64,000 nucleotides of DNA. It comes from Trichormus sp. ATA11-4-KO1 (GTDB lineage: Bacteria; Cyanobacteriota; Cyanobacteriia; Cyanobacteriales; Nostocaceae). Below the pieces are notes generated by a model that was not told where the DNA came from, made no database searches, and saw only the letters and a list, made by a program, of their open reading frames with translations. Position 1 is the first letter of the stretch. The number at the start of each line of letters is the position of its first letter. A program made the position numbers and the translations under genes. Shown here one piece after another: positions 8,984 through 19,800 of the stretch. The stretch covers positions 224,001-288,000 of the forward strand of contig JAHHIM010000036.1 of assembly GCA_019358915.1 (NCBI GenBank), given 5' to 3'.

Positions 8984-11188
8984 CTAATGACTAATGACTA
9001 ATGACTCTTCAGTTTGTGTATATGCCGACATGACATTTTTAATAATTGCCAAACCGACTTCTCCTGCTAAAGTCATGATTGATTCTGGATGAAACTGAAC
9101 GGCAGCGATGGGAAGTGTTTGATGTTCAATACCCATGATTACGTCGTCGTCAGAAATCGCTGTTACTTTGAGTGCTGCTGGTAAATGTTGCGGTAGGGCA
9201 AATAATGAATGATATCTACCGACTGCAAAGGATTCTGGTAAGTTTTTGAATGTTACAGAATTGGGGTCAGTTACAAAAATCCGCGAGGATTTACCATGTT
9301 GGGGATAGTTGAGAACTCCTAATTTTCCGCCAAAAGCCTCAACGATACCTTGCAGCCCTAAACAAACTCCAAAAATGGGAATTTGACGACTGATGCAGGC
9401 GGTGATAGTCTCGGAAACTCGAAAATCACTCGGTTTACCAGGGCCAGGAGACAAGACCACTAAATCAGGGCGTTCTGTGTCGAATAGCGATTCTGCAAAG
9501 CCATGACGTAGTGTGGTGACGCTAGCACCAGTTTGGCGAATGTAATTGGCTAATGTGTGAACAAATGAGTCTTCATGATCTATTAATAAGATGCGTTTGC
9601 CAGGTTCGATATCTGGGACGCATTTACTCATTTTGATGGAACTACATTCTTCGGTGTTCTCGTCGGTTAGCTTGGCACGACGAATGGTTTCAAATAAAGC
9701 CGCAGCTTTGGTAATTGTTTCTTGTTCTTCTGCTTGTGGGATCGAATCATAAAGGACAGTAGCACCAACTCGCACTTCGGCAATAGAATCTTGTAACCGA
9801 ATTGTCCGCAGAATTAATCCGGTGTTTAAATTTCCATTGAAATTTAAATAACCAACTGCTCCACCATACCAACGTCTAGCACTACGTTCATGCTGTTCAA
9901 TAAATTGAATTGCTGCTCTTTTGGGTGCGCCTGTGACTGTAACTGCCCAAGTGTGACTTAAAAAGGCATCTAACGCATCAAATTCTGTTCTGAGTATGCC
10001 TTCAACATGATCTACTGTATGAATTAAGTGGCTATATAATTCAATTTGGCGACGGCCAATGACTTGCACTGAACCAGGTTCACAAATCCGGGATTTGTCA
10101 TTGCGGTCTACGTCTGTACACATTGTCAACTCAGCTTCATCTTTATGTGAGTTGAGTAACTGACGAATTTGATCTGCATCATCAAGGGCATCTTGTCCCC
10201 TAGTAATGGTGCCACTAATCGGACAAGTTTCTACCCGTCTACCTTCAACCCGGACAAACATTTCTGGAGATGCACCGATGAGATATTCTCCACCTAAATT
10301 AAACATGAACCCATAAGGACTGGGATTAATTTGTTTTAAAGTTGCAAATAGTTTACTGGGTGGCGCTTCACACGGTTCAAAAAAGTTTTGACCGGGAACT
10401 ACTTCAAATAAGTCGCCCCGACGGAAATAATCTAATGCCAGTTCAACTTGTTTGGCATATTCACCTATTTTATGGTCAGCAGTTTGATTTGGGGTTAAGC
10501 GCTGGCCTCGATAATCAAGAGATTCACCTGTTCTAGGGAGATTTATAGTGTTGCCATGCGCTATTTCAAATTCATATTGCAGCCGAAATGCCTGTTGTAG
10601 ATAGTAGTCAACCACTATCAATTCATCTGGTAAGTAAAGTACTAAATCTCGCTGGTTTGTGGGACGTTCTAGGCGTTGGGGAATTGGTTCAAATTGAAAA
10701 ACTAAGTCATAACCAAATGCGCCATATAATCCTAAATGCTCGTCTTCCTGACTAGAGAAAGTATGGAGAATTTCTCGGATGACTGTAAATGCTGAAGGTT
10801 GCTTACTACGCTCTTCTTCAGCAAAGAATTGGCTAGCAGGTTGAATAAATCCTGTGATGTAATTCTGATTTTGGGTAACTTCTTGCAGTTGTGTGGAGAG
10901 GGAAAATCGCTGTAAAAGCAATGGTAAAAGTACTTGGCCGCGTTCATTCAATGCTGTTAAAGTGAAGGCATTTTCTCTCGTTGTTAATTCCAGTGGTGGA
11001 TTAACAAAACCGATTGCCCATCTTTTATATCTTCCTGGATATTCGTAGCTGCTGGCCAGCAAGCCTCCACGCTGAGAATTTAGGTAGAAAAGAATTTCTT
11101 CGAGGGCGTTGTCCATCTTAACTTCTGTGACGGAGCGAGAAACAAGGACACCACCTTGGGTTGTGTAGGAATGGGAATCAAAAATCAT
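8984..11188 (-). CDS. trpE: Fused anthranilate synthase TrpE/TrpG
   Basis: Chorismate-binding domain (GASPE, PISGT, TGAPK) plus C-terminal GATase (SPGPG, GVCLG, QFHPES). Confidence 0.95.
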   Translation of the reverse strand: MIFDSHSYTTQGGVLVSRSVTEVKMDNALEEILFYLNSQRGGLLASSYEYPGRYKRWAIGFVNPPLELTTRENAFTLTALNERGQVLLPLLLQRFSLSTQLQEVTQNQNYITGFIQPASQFFAEEERSKQPSAFTVIREILHTFSSQEDEHLGLYGAFGYDLVFQFEPIPQRLERPTNQRDLVLYLPDELIVVDYYLQQAFRLQYEFEIAHGNTINLPRTGESLDYRGQRLTPNQTADHKIGEYAKQVELALDYFRRGDLFEVVPGQNFFEPCEAPPSKLFATLKQINPSPYGFMFNLGGEYLIGASPEMFVRVEGRRVETCPISGTITRGQDALDDADQIRQLLNSHKDEAELTMCTDVDRNDKSRICEPGSVQVIGRRQIELYSHLIHTVDHVEGILRTEFDALDAFLSHTWAVTVTGAPKRAAIQFIEQHERSARRWYGGAVGYLNFNGNLNTGLILRTIRLQDSIAEVRVGATVLYDSIPQAEEQETITKAAALFETIRRAKLTDENTEECSSIKMSKCVPDIEPGKRILLIDHEDSFVHTLANYIRQTGASVTTLRHGFAESLFDTERPDLVVLSPGPGKPSDFRVSETITACISRQIPIFGVCLGLQGIVEAFGGKLGVLNYPQHGKSSRIFVTDPNSVTFKNLPESFAVGRYHSLFALPQHLPAALKVTAISDDDVIMGIEHQTLPIAAVQFHPESIMTLAGEVGLAIIKNVMSAYTQTEESLVISH

Positions 11189-11312
11189 GGGTAATTCTCA
11201 GGAATGGTTATTAGTTAAAAGCCATTCATCATTATAGTAATTTAACGAAGTCAGAGGGAAGAAGAAAGAAGGAATAAGTCTTTTTTCTTCTTGCCAAACG
11301 GGTTTAAATCCT

Positions 11313-11453
11313 CACTTCGACAGGTGGATACAGTGAGCGGCTCGAGTGACTTGTACTGAGCCTTGTCGAAGTAGCCTTCGCCGAACTCCTGTCGAACTAT
11401 TCAGTGACCACCACCAATTTTCTTTCTTCACTTCGGCCACGCTCAGTACAAGC
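11313..11453. repeat. Multiply nested small dispersed repeat composite (copy 2) plus a single unit
   Basis: 11334-11390 is nearly identical to 1401-1457; outer CACTTCGACAGG..TCAGTGACC unit in opposite orientation; extra unit at 11429-11453. Confidence 0.85.
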
Positions 11454-11695
11454 CTTTTGACTCCAAACTTCCTCCTTCTTTAAGTTCGTTAAAGGACAGA
11501 ATTGGACGATTTTTTTATTGTGTTTATACTGTCCTAGTTTTCCCATTTGGGTTATTTTGTTGTTTATTTCTAGATTAATATTACTAAAAATCAATTCTTT
11601 GTTGCATGAATATTTTTTCGATGTAACTATCAATTTATTGGTTTCTTCTCGTGGTGCAAATAAAAATAATCTTATTAATTAGCAACACCAAAAAA

Positions 11696-13087
11696 TTAAT
11701 ACCCAGTTCCTTCTCCATCCATGAGATGTTGGAGAATTAATTGGCAAACATCGATCGCTTGAATTGATGAGGAGTTAAGTAAGTGAGTTTGTTTGCTAAT
11801 TAATAATGGACTTTCAGTCGGGGATGAGGGAAGACAACCATGAGATCCACGCACTAAGTCAGCATCTAAGGGAATGATATCCATTAGATAGCGAAATCCT
11901 AGTTGTTTTTTTAACAGTTTTAAACCGATTTTCATCTGCGGAAGTTTGATTTGCGGGTCGAGAAATAGTTCTACAGGGTCGTAACCTGGCTTACGATGGA
12001 TATCTACAGTTCTGGCAAAATCAGGAGCGCGATGATTATCGTACCAGTAATAATAGGTAAACCAGGCATCTGGTTGAGCTACTGCAATTAACTCTCCTGA
12101 TCTAGAATGATTCAGATGATAAGCTGGCTTATTATCATCATCTAAAACATAGGCAACTCCCTGTGTTTCTTCTAGAAGCGATCGCACCTTGGGAATATAG
12201 AATGGGTCGTTAACATAAACATGAGCAATTTGATGATCAGCAACGGCGAAGGCTTTACTCGCACCAGCATCTAAAATTTCTCGTCCTAGTTCTTCTCGCA
12301 CACTCAGCAAACCTTTTTCCCGCAACATCCGATTGAGATGAATTGGTTGGGATACTGATGTAATCCCATATTCTGATAAAACGATGACTTGAGATCCCCG
12401 ATTTTCATAGTATTGAATTAAATCGCTACACACCGCATCAATTTCTTGTAAGTCTGGAGCGATTTTGTGCAAGTCACAACCGTATTTTTGTAAGCAGTAG
12501 TCTAAATGTGGGAGATAAACGAGTGTAAGTGTGGGATTATGGTCTTTTTCTAGCCATTTGGCTGAATCTGCAATCCATTGGGTAGATTTAATGGATGTAT
12601 TTGGCCCCCAAAAATTAAACAGAGGAAACTGACCTAAGTCGTTTTGCAGTGGCGATCGCAGTTTTTGTGGTTGTGTATATATATCAGGAATTTTTCTGCC
12701 GTCGGCGGGATACATCGGTCGGGGGGTGATGGCATAGTTGACTGATGAGTACATGTTGTACCACCAGAATAAGTTGGCGCAGGTAAAGTTGGGATCTATT
12801 TCTTTGGCTATTTCCCAGATTTTGGGAGCTTGAATCAGTTTGTTGGATTGTCGCCAAAATTTAATTTCACACTCGTCTCGAAAGTACCAACCGTTACCAA
12901 CTATTCCATGCTCGTTAGGTAATTTTCCTGTGAAATAGGTTGCTTGTACTGAACAGGTAACTGCTGGTAAGACGGGGGTGATGGGTACTATTTGACCTTG
13001 TTTCGCCCAATGGGAAAGGAAGGGTGTATGTTCACCTATGAGGTTGGGTGTTAATCCTACTACGTTGAGAACAACAGTTTTTTGCAT
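11696..13087 (-). CDS. eboF: Alkaline phosphatase / nucleotide pyrophosphatase family protein EboF
   Basis: PAVTCSVQAT, HGIVGNGW, YLPHLDY and VRGSHG motifs; follows eboE. Confidence 0.88.
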   Translation of the reverse strand: MQKTVVLNVVGLTPNLIGEHTPFLSHWAKQGQIVPITPVLPAVTCSVQATYFTGKLPNEHGIVGNGWYFRDECEIKFWRQSNKLIQAPKIWEIAKEIDPNFTCANLFWWYNMYSSVNYAITPRPMYPADGRKIPDIYTQPQKLRSPLQNDLGQFPLFNFWGPNTSIKSTQWIADSAKWLEKDHNPTLTLVYLPHLDYCLQKYGCDLHKIAPDLQEIDAVCSDLIQYYENRGSQVIVLSEYGITSVSQPIHLNRMLREKGLLSVREELGREILDAGASKAFAVADHQIAHVYVNDPFYIPKVRSLLEETQGVAYVLDDDNKPAYHLNHSRSGELIAVAQPDAWFTYYYWYDNHRAPDFARTVDIHRKPGYDPVELFLDPQIKLPQMKIGLKLLKKQLGFRYLMDIIPLDADLVRGSHGCLPSSPTESPLLISKQTHLLNSSSIQAIDVCQLILQHLMDGEGTGY

Positions 13088-13120
13088 GATAACGAACCAC
13101 AAAGGACACGAAGAAAGAGA

Positions 13121-14362
13121 TTAGTTAGGTACTAATTGTTTTGTTAATAGTTTTGTTTGTACCCATTCGTACTCGCGTTGAATTGATGTGAGTAAGTCTA
13201 GTTTTATCTGTTCGGGAAGGACTTCCCATGTGTAAGTTTCTATTTCTAGGTGGGTGCAATTGTGATTATCTTGCAGTAATTCTAGTACGGTAATAATGTC
13301 GTCTTGAGTGGAATGCAATAGTTGGTAATCGCGGATGAAAATTGGCACGTGGAAGTGAATCCGCCACTCACAAGTATTGGTGTTTTCTAGGTGTGTTAGG
13401 GCAGTTTCTAGGTCTGGATAGTGAATTAGTGGGCTATTTTGACTGCGGGCAATTACTTGATGTAAATATGTGGATTCAGCGAAAGGTTTTAATCGTTCGC
13501 TTATGAGGCGACGCTGTGCGATATCTTCTGATAAGTTTACTTGCAAGGCGGCACTAATTTGAATTTTACCAATTTGAATTCCTGCATTTTGCAATCGCTG
13601 AAAAACTGAAATGGGATTTTCATATTCGACAGCAAAATGACAGGTGTCGTAACAAATTCGCACATGTTCTAGTAAGTAACTCTCGGCAATTGTTGGTGAA
13701 ATTCCCAGATGCTTAACTAAATAAGCGCCACCAATAGGTAGTAAATGCTTTTGAAAATAATCAATCACTTCAGCTGCATTTTCAATTAATCCATCGGGTT
13801 CTGGTTCTAAATCTAGGTGCAGTAATTTTCCCTGCTGATTACGGATATGTACCATTTTTGCCACTACTTGTGCTATGTGCAGACTAGCACTATCCATGAC
13901 TGATGCTTGGTGAAGTTGATTTCCGGCAAACCAAGGCTTATAGGATAAAGGCAGTGTGGAAATGCTACCCTCTGTATCGGTGGGTAATAATTCTGCCAGA
14001 ATGTTTGTGAGTTGTAATGTGTAATCTAACCGTTTCTGTTTAGACCAATCCGGTGCATAAACTTGGTCTTTCACCACTTCCTGATGAAATTTGCCATAAG
14101 GAAATCCATTCAAGGTAAATACATATAAACCTTGTTCAGTTAACCAAGATTGGAACTGAATTAAGGTGTTTATTTGCAGCAATTCCTTCGCTGCTACTGC
14201 TGCTAAACGTAACCCAATACCAAAGGGTTTCTCTGGTGCTAATCTGGCTTTTAAAGATGGAATATAATGCTTTAAATTAGCAAAAATTTGCTCCCACTCT
14301 TCACCAGGGTGAATATTAGTACAATAGGTTAAGTGAAAGTTATTGTTAGTTCCTATTTTCAT
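13121..14362 (-). CDS. eboE: TIM-barrel metabolite traffic protein EboE
   Basis: HLTYCTNIHPGE, TLNGFPYG, EPEPD, DTCH, WRIHFHVP and LEIETYTW motifs. Confidence 0.92.
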   Translation of the reverse strand: MKIGTNNNFHLTYCTNIHPGEEWEQIFANLKHYIPSLKARLAPEKPFGIGLRLAAVAAKELLQINTLIQFQSWLTEQGLYVFTLNGFPYGKFHQEVVKDQVYAPDWSKQKRLDYTLQLTNILAELLPTDTEGSISTLPLSYKPWFAGNQLHQASVMDSASLHIAQVVAKMVHIRNQQGKLLHLDLEPEPDGLIENAAEVIDYFQKHLLPIGGAYLVKHLGISPTIAESYLLEHVRICYDTCHFAVEYENPISVFQRLQNAGIQIGKIQISAALQVNLSEDIAQRRLISERLKPFAESTYLHQVIARSQNSPLIHYPDLETALTHLENTNTCEWRIHFHVPIFIRDYQLLHSTQDDIITVLELLQDNHNCTHLEIETYTWEVLPEQIKLDLLTSIQREYEWVQTKLLTKQLVPN

Positions 14363-15581
14363 TTTTCATTTTTAATTGTTTATGTAACTGCAATATTGCT
14401 TGTTTATATAAAGACAAATCCACTTCGTGAACTTCAATTCCTTTACCAACACATTGCAGCAACGTTAAAGTTAATTCTCCACCCAAGTGTTCTTGAAATT
14501 CGGTCAAACCCCGGAATAGACAACGGGGATGTTGTTGGTTTGTTAATTGTTCAGCTAGTTCTGGTACATACAAAGTGAAACCTAATGCTGATAGTGTATT
14601 TAGTATTTTTTGCCACTCTGACCAACCAAGCATTCCTAAAAGATAAGAATAGGTGCTATCCAAAGCAATACCGATCGCTACTGCTTCTCCATGACGCAAG
14701 CTATAGTTGGTCAAATGCTCTAGTTTATGAGCCGCCCAATGACCAAAATCTAGGGGACGGGATGAACCCATTTCAAATGGATCACCGCTTCTGGCAATAT
14801 GTTCTAGGTGTAACTGGGCGCAACGATAAATCAGCTGTTGCATACTCTCCATATCTCGACGGACGAGTGCAACACTGTGGCTGTGGATAAAATCAAAAAA
14901 ATCAGCATCCTTAATTAGTGCCACTTTGAGCGCTTCTGCAATACCTGATCGCCAGTCGCGATCGCTCAAGGTTGTCAAGAAGGTAGAATCATTAATCACC
15001 GCATAAGGTGGAGCGAATGTACCGAGAAAGTTCTTTTTCCCAAAGGCGTTAATACCGTTTTTTACCCCGACACCAGAATCATTTTGTGCTAACACCGTCG
15101 TGGGTATCCGAATCAAACGAATTCCTCGATGAGCGGTTGCAGCTGCATAACCTACCAAATCCAATACTGCACCACCCCCAACAGCCAACAGGTAGGAGTG
15201 ACGACATAAACCAGCTGCATCGATTAGCTGATGAATTTGCTCTACTAAAGTGCGATCATTTTTGGCAACTTCTCCACCGGGAAGAATTATCGGTTCCACC
15301 ACAAGGTTTAATGTTTCTGCATAAAACTTGGTGTACGCTACTAACTGCTCTAATAATGTAGAATGATTATGTAATAATCCGGCATCCACAACTGCTACTA
15401 TTTTCTTTGGCTTTGTTTCCCCATCAGCTATAATCACTTGCGCCAACGTGGGATTTTTCAAGTCAAATAAATTGTTAGTGAAGTAAACTTCATAGTTGAA
15501 GGTCACCGAGATACGTTGATAAATTGATTGCCGAGAAGATGCAGTTTTTTGAGTAGTCTTTTGGTTGAAATTTATTACCAT
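14346..15581 (-). CDS. eboD: 3-dehydroquinate synthase-like sugar-phosphate cyclase (EboD; the cluster's aroB)
   Basis: GGGAVLD, PTTVLAQNDSGVGVKNG, DFGHWAAH and LRHGEAV motifs; overlaps both neighbouring genes. Confidence 0.85.
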   Translation of the reverse strand: MVINFNQKTTQKTASSRQSIYQRISVTFNYEVYFTNNLFDLKNPTLAQVIIADGETKPKKIVAVVDAGLLHNHSTLLEQLVAYTKFYAETLNLVVEPIILPGGEVAKNDRTLVEQIHQLIDAAGLCRHSYLLAVGGGAVLDLVGYAAATAHRGIRLIRIPTTVLAQNDSGVGVKNGINAFGKKNFLGTFAPPYAVINDSTFLTTLSDRDWRSGIAEALKVALIKDADFFDFIHSHSVALVRRDMESMQQLIYRCAQLHLEHIARSGDPFEMGSSRPLDFGHWAAHKLEHLTNYSLRHGEAVAIGIALDSTYSYLLGMLGWSEWQKILNTLSALGFTLYVPELAEQLTNQQHPRCLFRGLTEFQEHLGGELTLTLLQCVGKGIEVHEVDLSLYKQAILQLHKQLKMKNENRN

Positions 15582-16222
15582 TGTTTTGCTAAAACTTCCA
15601 TAAATGCAGCACGATTTAAAGCCCGAAGGAACACGTTTACCGATTGAGAACCATCTACTTTAACTTTGTTATTGAAGATAAAAAATGGCACGCTAGTAAT
15701 ACCATTTAACCGAGCAAATGTTGATGCAGCAACAACTGCATTAATCGCATTATCATTATTTAGTTGCAGCCGTAACGTCTCTTCATCCATTTGATGAACG
15801 GTACCAATGGCAATAAGGATTTCAATATCTCCAATATTCAAACCCTCTTCAAAGTAAGCTTGATAAATTGCTTCTACAACATTATTTCTGATATTTACTG
15901 GTGCAGCTGCAATCAGTCTATGAGAAAGCTTAGTATTGACAGCTAAACGAATTTTATCAAGATTTAGTTTAACTCCAGCAGCCTCACCTGCTTGTCGCGT
16001 ATAATTAAACATTTGCTGGAGTTCTGCTATGCTAATCCCTTTTCTCACTTGCATAAAACGACGAAACTCGTATCCTTCAGAAGGAACAGTATTATCAAGC
16101 AAGAAAGGATGCCAGCGAATATTTACCGCTTCATCTTCCCATTGTAGAAGTGCATCAAAAAGGTACTTTTTCCCAATCCTACACCAGGGACAGACAGTAT
16201 CATGAAAGATATCAATCAGCAT
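15575..16222 (-). CDS. DsbA/FrnE family thiol oxidoreductase
   Basis: DTVCPWC and GITSVPFF motifs. Confidence 0.9.
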   Translation of the reverse strand: MLIDIFHDTVCPWCRIGKKYLFDALLQWEDEAVNIRWHPFLLDNTVPSEGYEFRRFMQVRKGISIAELQQMFNYTRQAGEAAGVKLNLDKIRLAVNTKLSHRLIAAAPVNIRNNVVEAIYQAYFEEGLNIGDIEILIAIGTVHQMDEETLRLQLNNDNAINAVVAASTFARLNGITSVPFFIFNNKVKVDGSQSVNVFLRALNRAAFMEVLAKQW

Positions 16223-16314
16223 AATTTTTATTACTCAATTTTGCTAGTAATGAGGACTAAAGTCCTGACTACAAACTTTTAATTATTTACACTGTACTGA
16301 CAGATTAAATTTAT

Positions 16315-17250
16315 TTAAAGCATAGATAATTTATCTGTCTCCATCTCGGATGTAAAATTACTTTTGTGATTCTGGTTAGTTATTGTGTGTGAAAAACTTA
16401 CCAAATAGTTACTTTCTTCATCCAAAAATTTTTGAGCATTTGCAAATTCTTGGATTAATGCAGTTCGGTCTTTCTTTGCTACCAGCATTGCCAAGCGACT
16501 ATAAGTTTTAGCTAAAGAATTAATTGCCTCACATCGTTCTTCTGTAGCTAATATAATATCTACACATAAGTGAGGATTTTGTGCAAACAAACGCTTAAGA
16601 ATATCAATTTCTTGACGATAGCTAGGTGTTGACATAGACAAACTACGCTCCATATCAATTTTGGCTTGTGCTAAAAAGACACCAAGACTAAATCGAGAAA
16701 AATGCTGCGTTGCTTGAACGATTACCATTATTTGGTCATGCTCTTCCGGAGTGCAAATGATTAGTTCTCCACCCTGACCTTGAATGAAGTTTAATAACCA
16801 TTGAAAAGAATCATCATTTCGACCTGGACACACCACCACCTTTTGTCCCACGAATGATTTGATACTGGGACCAAACAGAGGATGTAATCCCATGACAGGG
16901 CCTGAATGATGTGCGAGCATTGCTTGAGTAGGCTGAGTCTTAATACTTGTGATATCGCACAATGCAGTATTTGGGGCGAGGTATGGGGCTGCACGCCTAA
17001 TCACCTCAACTGTCCGTTGAATCGGGACACTGACTAAGACTAATTCAGCCTGACTTAATAATTTATCTGCATACGCCCAATCTTCCTGTTCAAGCACACT
17101 AACTTTGTGACCTATGGCCGAAAGTTGCTCTCTAAATAATCCTCCCATCCTGCCACATCCACCGATGATAGTAATGTTGCGGATTCTGGCATGATTTACA
17201 GATTCAGGATTTAGTTTTTGGTTGGTTTGTTGAAGCTGATTTGGAATCAT
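16315..17250 (-). CDS. tyrA: Prephenate dehydrogenase
   Basis: IIGGCGRMG, DITSIK, GLHPLFGP and EHDQIM motifs; ATG at 17250 preferred. Confidence 0.9.
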   Translation of the reverse strand: MIPNQLQQTNQKLNPESVNHARIRNITIIGGCGRMGGLFREQLSAIGHKVSVLEQEDWAYADKLLSQAELVLVSVPIQRTVEVIRRAAPYLAPNTALCDITSIKTQPTQAMLAHHSGPVMGLHPLFGPSIKSFVGQKVVVCPGRNDDSFQWLLNFIQGQGGELIICTPEEHDQIMVIVQATQHFSRFSLGVFLAQAKIDMERSLSMSTPSYRQEIDILKRLFAQNPHLCVDIILATEERCEAINSLAKTYSRLAMLVAKKDRTALIQEFANAQKFLDEESNYLVSFSHTITNQNHKSNFTSEMETDKLSML

Positions 17251-17419
17251 AAGCTTAGTGTGAGGGAGTGGGTAAGGGAGCAAAGGGGAACAGGGGGGAC
17301 AAGAATCTGATAGTCTTCTGGGATGCAGGATAGTGGTAATTTAATTTTTGGAGTTACCTAATATAAGTTTTTCTCCTCTGCCCCTCTGCTGCTTTTTCCC
17401 AGTGCCCAGTCCCCAAATT

Positions 17420-18709
17420 TCAAATATCAACAAGTGATTCTTTAGAATTCAATTTGGGCAAGATATTTAAATTTAATTCTCGCTTGGCAGCAATATCAGA
17501 AAATAATTCTTCATACCGATTCAGCGTTTGCTCAAAAGAATAATTTTCTACGGCAAACTTTCTGCCTTTATCACCTAGTTGGGTGGCTAGAGCCGGATTC
17601 ACATACAATTTCTGCACTGCATCGGCCAAAGCATCAGGGGATTCTGGACTCACAACTATGCCACCGCCACTGAGTTGAATTGCTTGAGCCGCAGTGCCAG
17701 TATTAGGAACTGAACCGATGATTGGGCGACCACTAGCCAACAGCAGTGGTATTTTTGAAGGCATATTGAATGAAATTATGTTGTGCTTTTGCACAATTAA
17801 CCCTACGTCAGCTGCTGCCAGCATTTGGGGTAGTTCTTCTCGCGGCTGCAACGGTAATAGCAATACGTTATCAGCACCACAACTCAGACAATATTCCTGC
17901 AATTTTTGCAATGCTTTTGACTCACCAACAATCACAAAAACTATTTTTTTGATATGACGTAAGCGCATGGCTGTTTCAACTACTGTTTCCAATCCTTGTG
18001 TTAGTGCAATATTGCCTGAATAAAGTACGACAAATTTTCCATCTAGTTGATGTACTGATTTCCAGTGGTTGTTCTTATTTGGTAAAGGGCGAATAAAATT
18101 TACGTTCACCCAATTAGGAATGCAAACTATTTTCTTAGTAAGTACTCCCTTGTTGACTAAATTCTCTCTAAACCCTTCACTGATAACGCTGATGGTATGT
18201 GCATTGCGATAGGCAAATTTTTCTAGGGCTGTCAATACTCGGATCACCCACTTGTTTTTGATCAGCCCAACACGTACCGCAGCTTCTGGGAGAATATCTT
18301 GTACATTTAGCACTACTGGGCAGTTATACAGCCAACCCAGTAAACTCGCAGGTAAGGAAACCAGCAAAGGCGGAACTGTTAAGAGAATTACATCCGGTCG
18401 CTTGCCTTTGATGGCTTGTGGCAAACTCGTGAAGACAAAACTCAACTCTAGGAGTAACCGATCAAGAAGATTAGGTTTAGACTTGATCCGTACATAACTG
18501 CGCTGAACAGTCACGCCATTTTTTTGTTCGGTTAAATACCATTTACCTTGATATTCATCATAAATTTGGCGTTGAGGATAGTTGGGCATTCCTGTAATCA
18601 CCCGTATTTCATGACCTCGCTTCACTAATCCTTCTGCTAGTTCAGTCATTAAGGGCGCAATTCCAATTGGCTCTGGATGATAGTTGTAGGAATAAATCAG
18701 AATATGCAT
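17420..18709 (-). CDS. GT4/WcaI-like glycosyltransferase of the scytonemin cluster
   Basis: NYHPEPIG, YSGNI, MPSK and LASGRP motifs. Confidence 0.9.
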   Translation of the reverse strand: MHILIYSYNYHPEPIGIAPLMTELAEGLVKRGHEIRVITGMPNYPQRQIYDEYQGKWYLTEQKNGVTVQRSYVRIKSKPNLLDRLLLELSFVFTSLPQAIKGKRPDVILLTVPPLLVSLPASLLGWLYNCPVVLNVQDILPEAAVRVGLIKNKWVIRVLTALEKFAYRNAHTISVISEGFRENLVNKGVLTKKIVCIPNWVNVNFIRPLPNKNNHWKSVHQLDGKFVVLYSGNIALTQGLETVVETAMRLRHIKKIVFVIVGESKALQKLQEYCLSCGADNVLLLPLQPREELPQMLAAADVGLIVQKHNIISFNMPSKIPLLLASGRPIIGSVPNTGTAAQAIQLSGGGIVVSPESPDALADAVQKLYVNPALATQLGDKGRKFAVENYSFEQTLNRYEELFSDIAAKRELNLNILPKLNSKESLVDI

Positions 18710-18800
18710 AAGGTGTTAATGTCTTTGGAGGCACCCTAATAACGTCGGCTTGGTTGAGATAACTAACTATAATATTCATCAAAATTGTCAGTTTTAGGCT

Positions 18801-19709
18801 TTAAGTCACTGCAAAAATTTGACCCAGTTTTATGGAAATCGGCAGTAGGCTTAAGACTAGTAATCCGTAGAGCAAACCTGCAAAACCTGCAACAACTGTA
18901 GTATCTAAAACAATTAGTGATAACACGCCAGCCTTAACTGCGATGCGGATTTGCTCTGGAGTAGGTTCGAGTACAGCTTTGATTAAAGGAAGCAACACTC
19001 GAATAGCAAATAATATGAGGAATGGTAAAGCTGTCAGCAGTTGATAGTTAGTTAATAGCCCCATCTCTAAAAGTCCTGAGATGACGATCGCCATTAGTAA
19101 TAGCGCTACCACTCCAGTACTCAGCTTTGACCCATGTACCTCACCCCGACTCAACATAGTTATAGCCCCAATGTAAACTATGGGAATCAAAGCCAAAAAC
19201 CAATACTCTTCTACCATGGCTGGCAAGACACTCACGCCTAGCAATAAATTGCCTCCACGACAAATACCCATGTTGATGGGGCCGAAGATGGGGTGATGCT
19301 TACCAACAGCGTTATATAATAAGGCGGCTACAGCGATACCAAGAGCTAGAGTAGCGCTCAACCACGAGACTTGAGAAGCTGCTACTATACCTATACTTAA
19401 AAGCAAACTTCCTAGTACAGTTGCCCCTCTCAGGGATGCTCTATGACTGGGGATAGGTCGTTCTGGTCGTTCCTGGGTATCTAATTCAGCATCAAATACA
19501 TCATTAAATACAATGCCGCCGCCGTATAAGCCAGTGGTGGCTAGTAACAACCATGCTAGGGAGTCAAGATTAATCTCTGATCCAGTTGTTAGAACACCCG
19601 AAGCAGCAAAGCCAGCGAGGATATCTGCCCAAGCAGTGACAATGTTAGCCGGTCGTAGTAATTGTAGATATGCCCATAAGCGATGGGAACTTAGGGTTAC
19701 AGTGTTCAT
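18801..19709 (-). CDS. eboC: UbiA-family prenyltransferase-like EboC
   Basis: LLRPANIVTAWAD, NDVFDAELD and ERPERPIPS motifs; multi-TM. Confidence 0.9.
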   Translation of the reverse strand: MNTVTLSSHRLWAYLQLLRPANIVTAWADILAGFAASGVLTTGSEINLDSLAWLLLATTGLYGGGIVFNDVFDAELDTQERPERPIPSHRASLRGATVLGSLLLSIGIVAASQVSWLSATLALGIAVAALLYNAVGKHHPIFGPINMGICRGGNLLLGVSVLPAMVEEYWFLALIPIVYIGAITMLSRGEVHGSKLSTGVVALLLMAIVISGLLEMGLLTNYQLLTALPFLILFAIRVLLPLIKAVLEPTPEQIRIAVKAGVLSLIVLDTTVVAGFAGLLYGLLVLSLLPISIKLGQIFAVT

Positions 19710-19800
19710 AGTAAATGCTGATGATTTAAAATATGGATTTGTCTCACGCAAAGGCGCAGAGAGTAGGAGTTGAGAGGGCTGAATTTTTCCTATTTCTTCA

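Noticed and set aside
11397..11633. 78-aa ORF between eboF and trpE
   Set aside because: AT-rich spacer running into repeat sequence (ACTERGRS is the repeat's translation)
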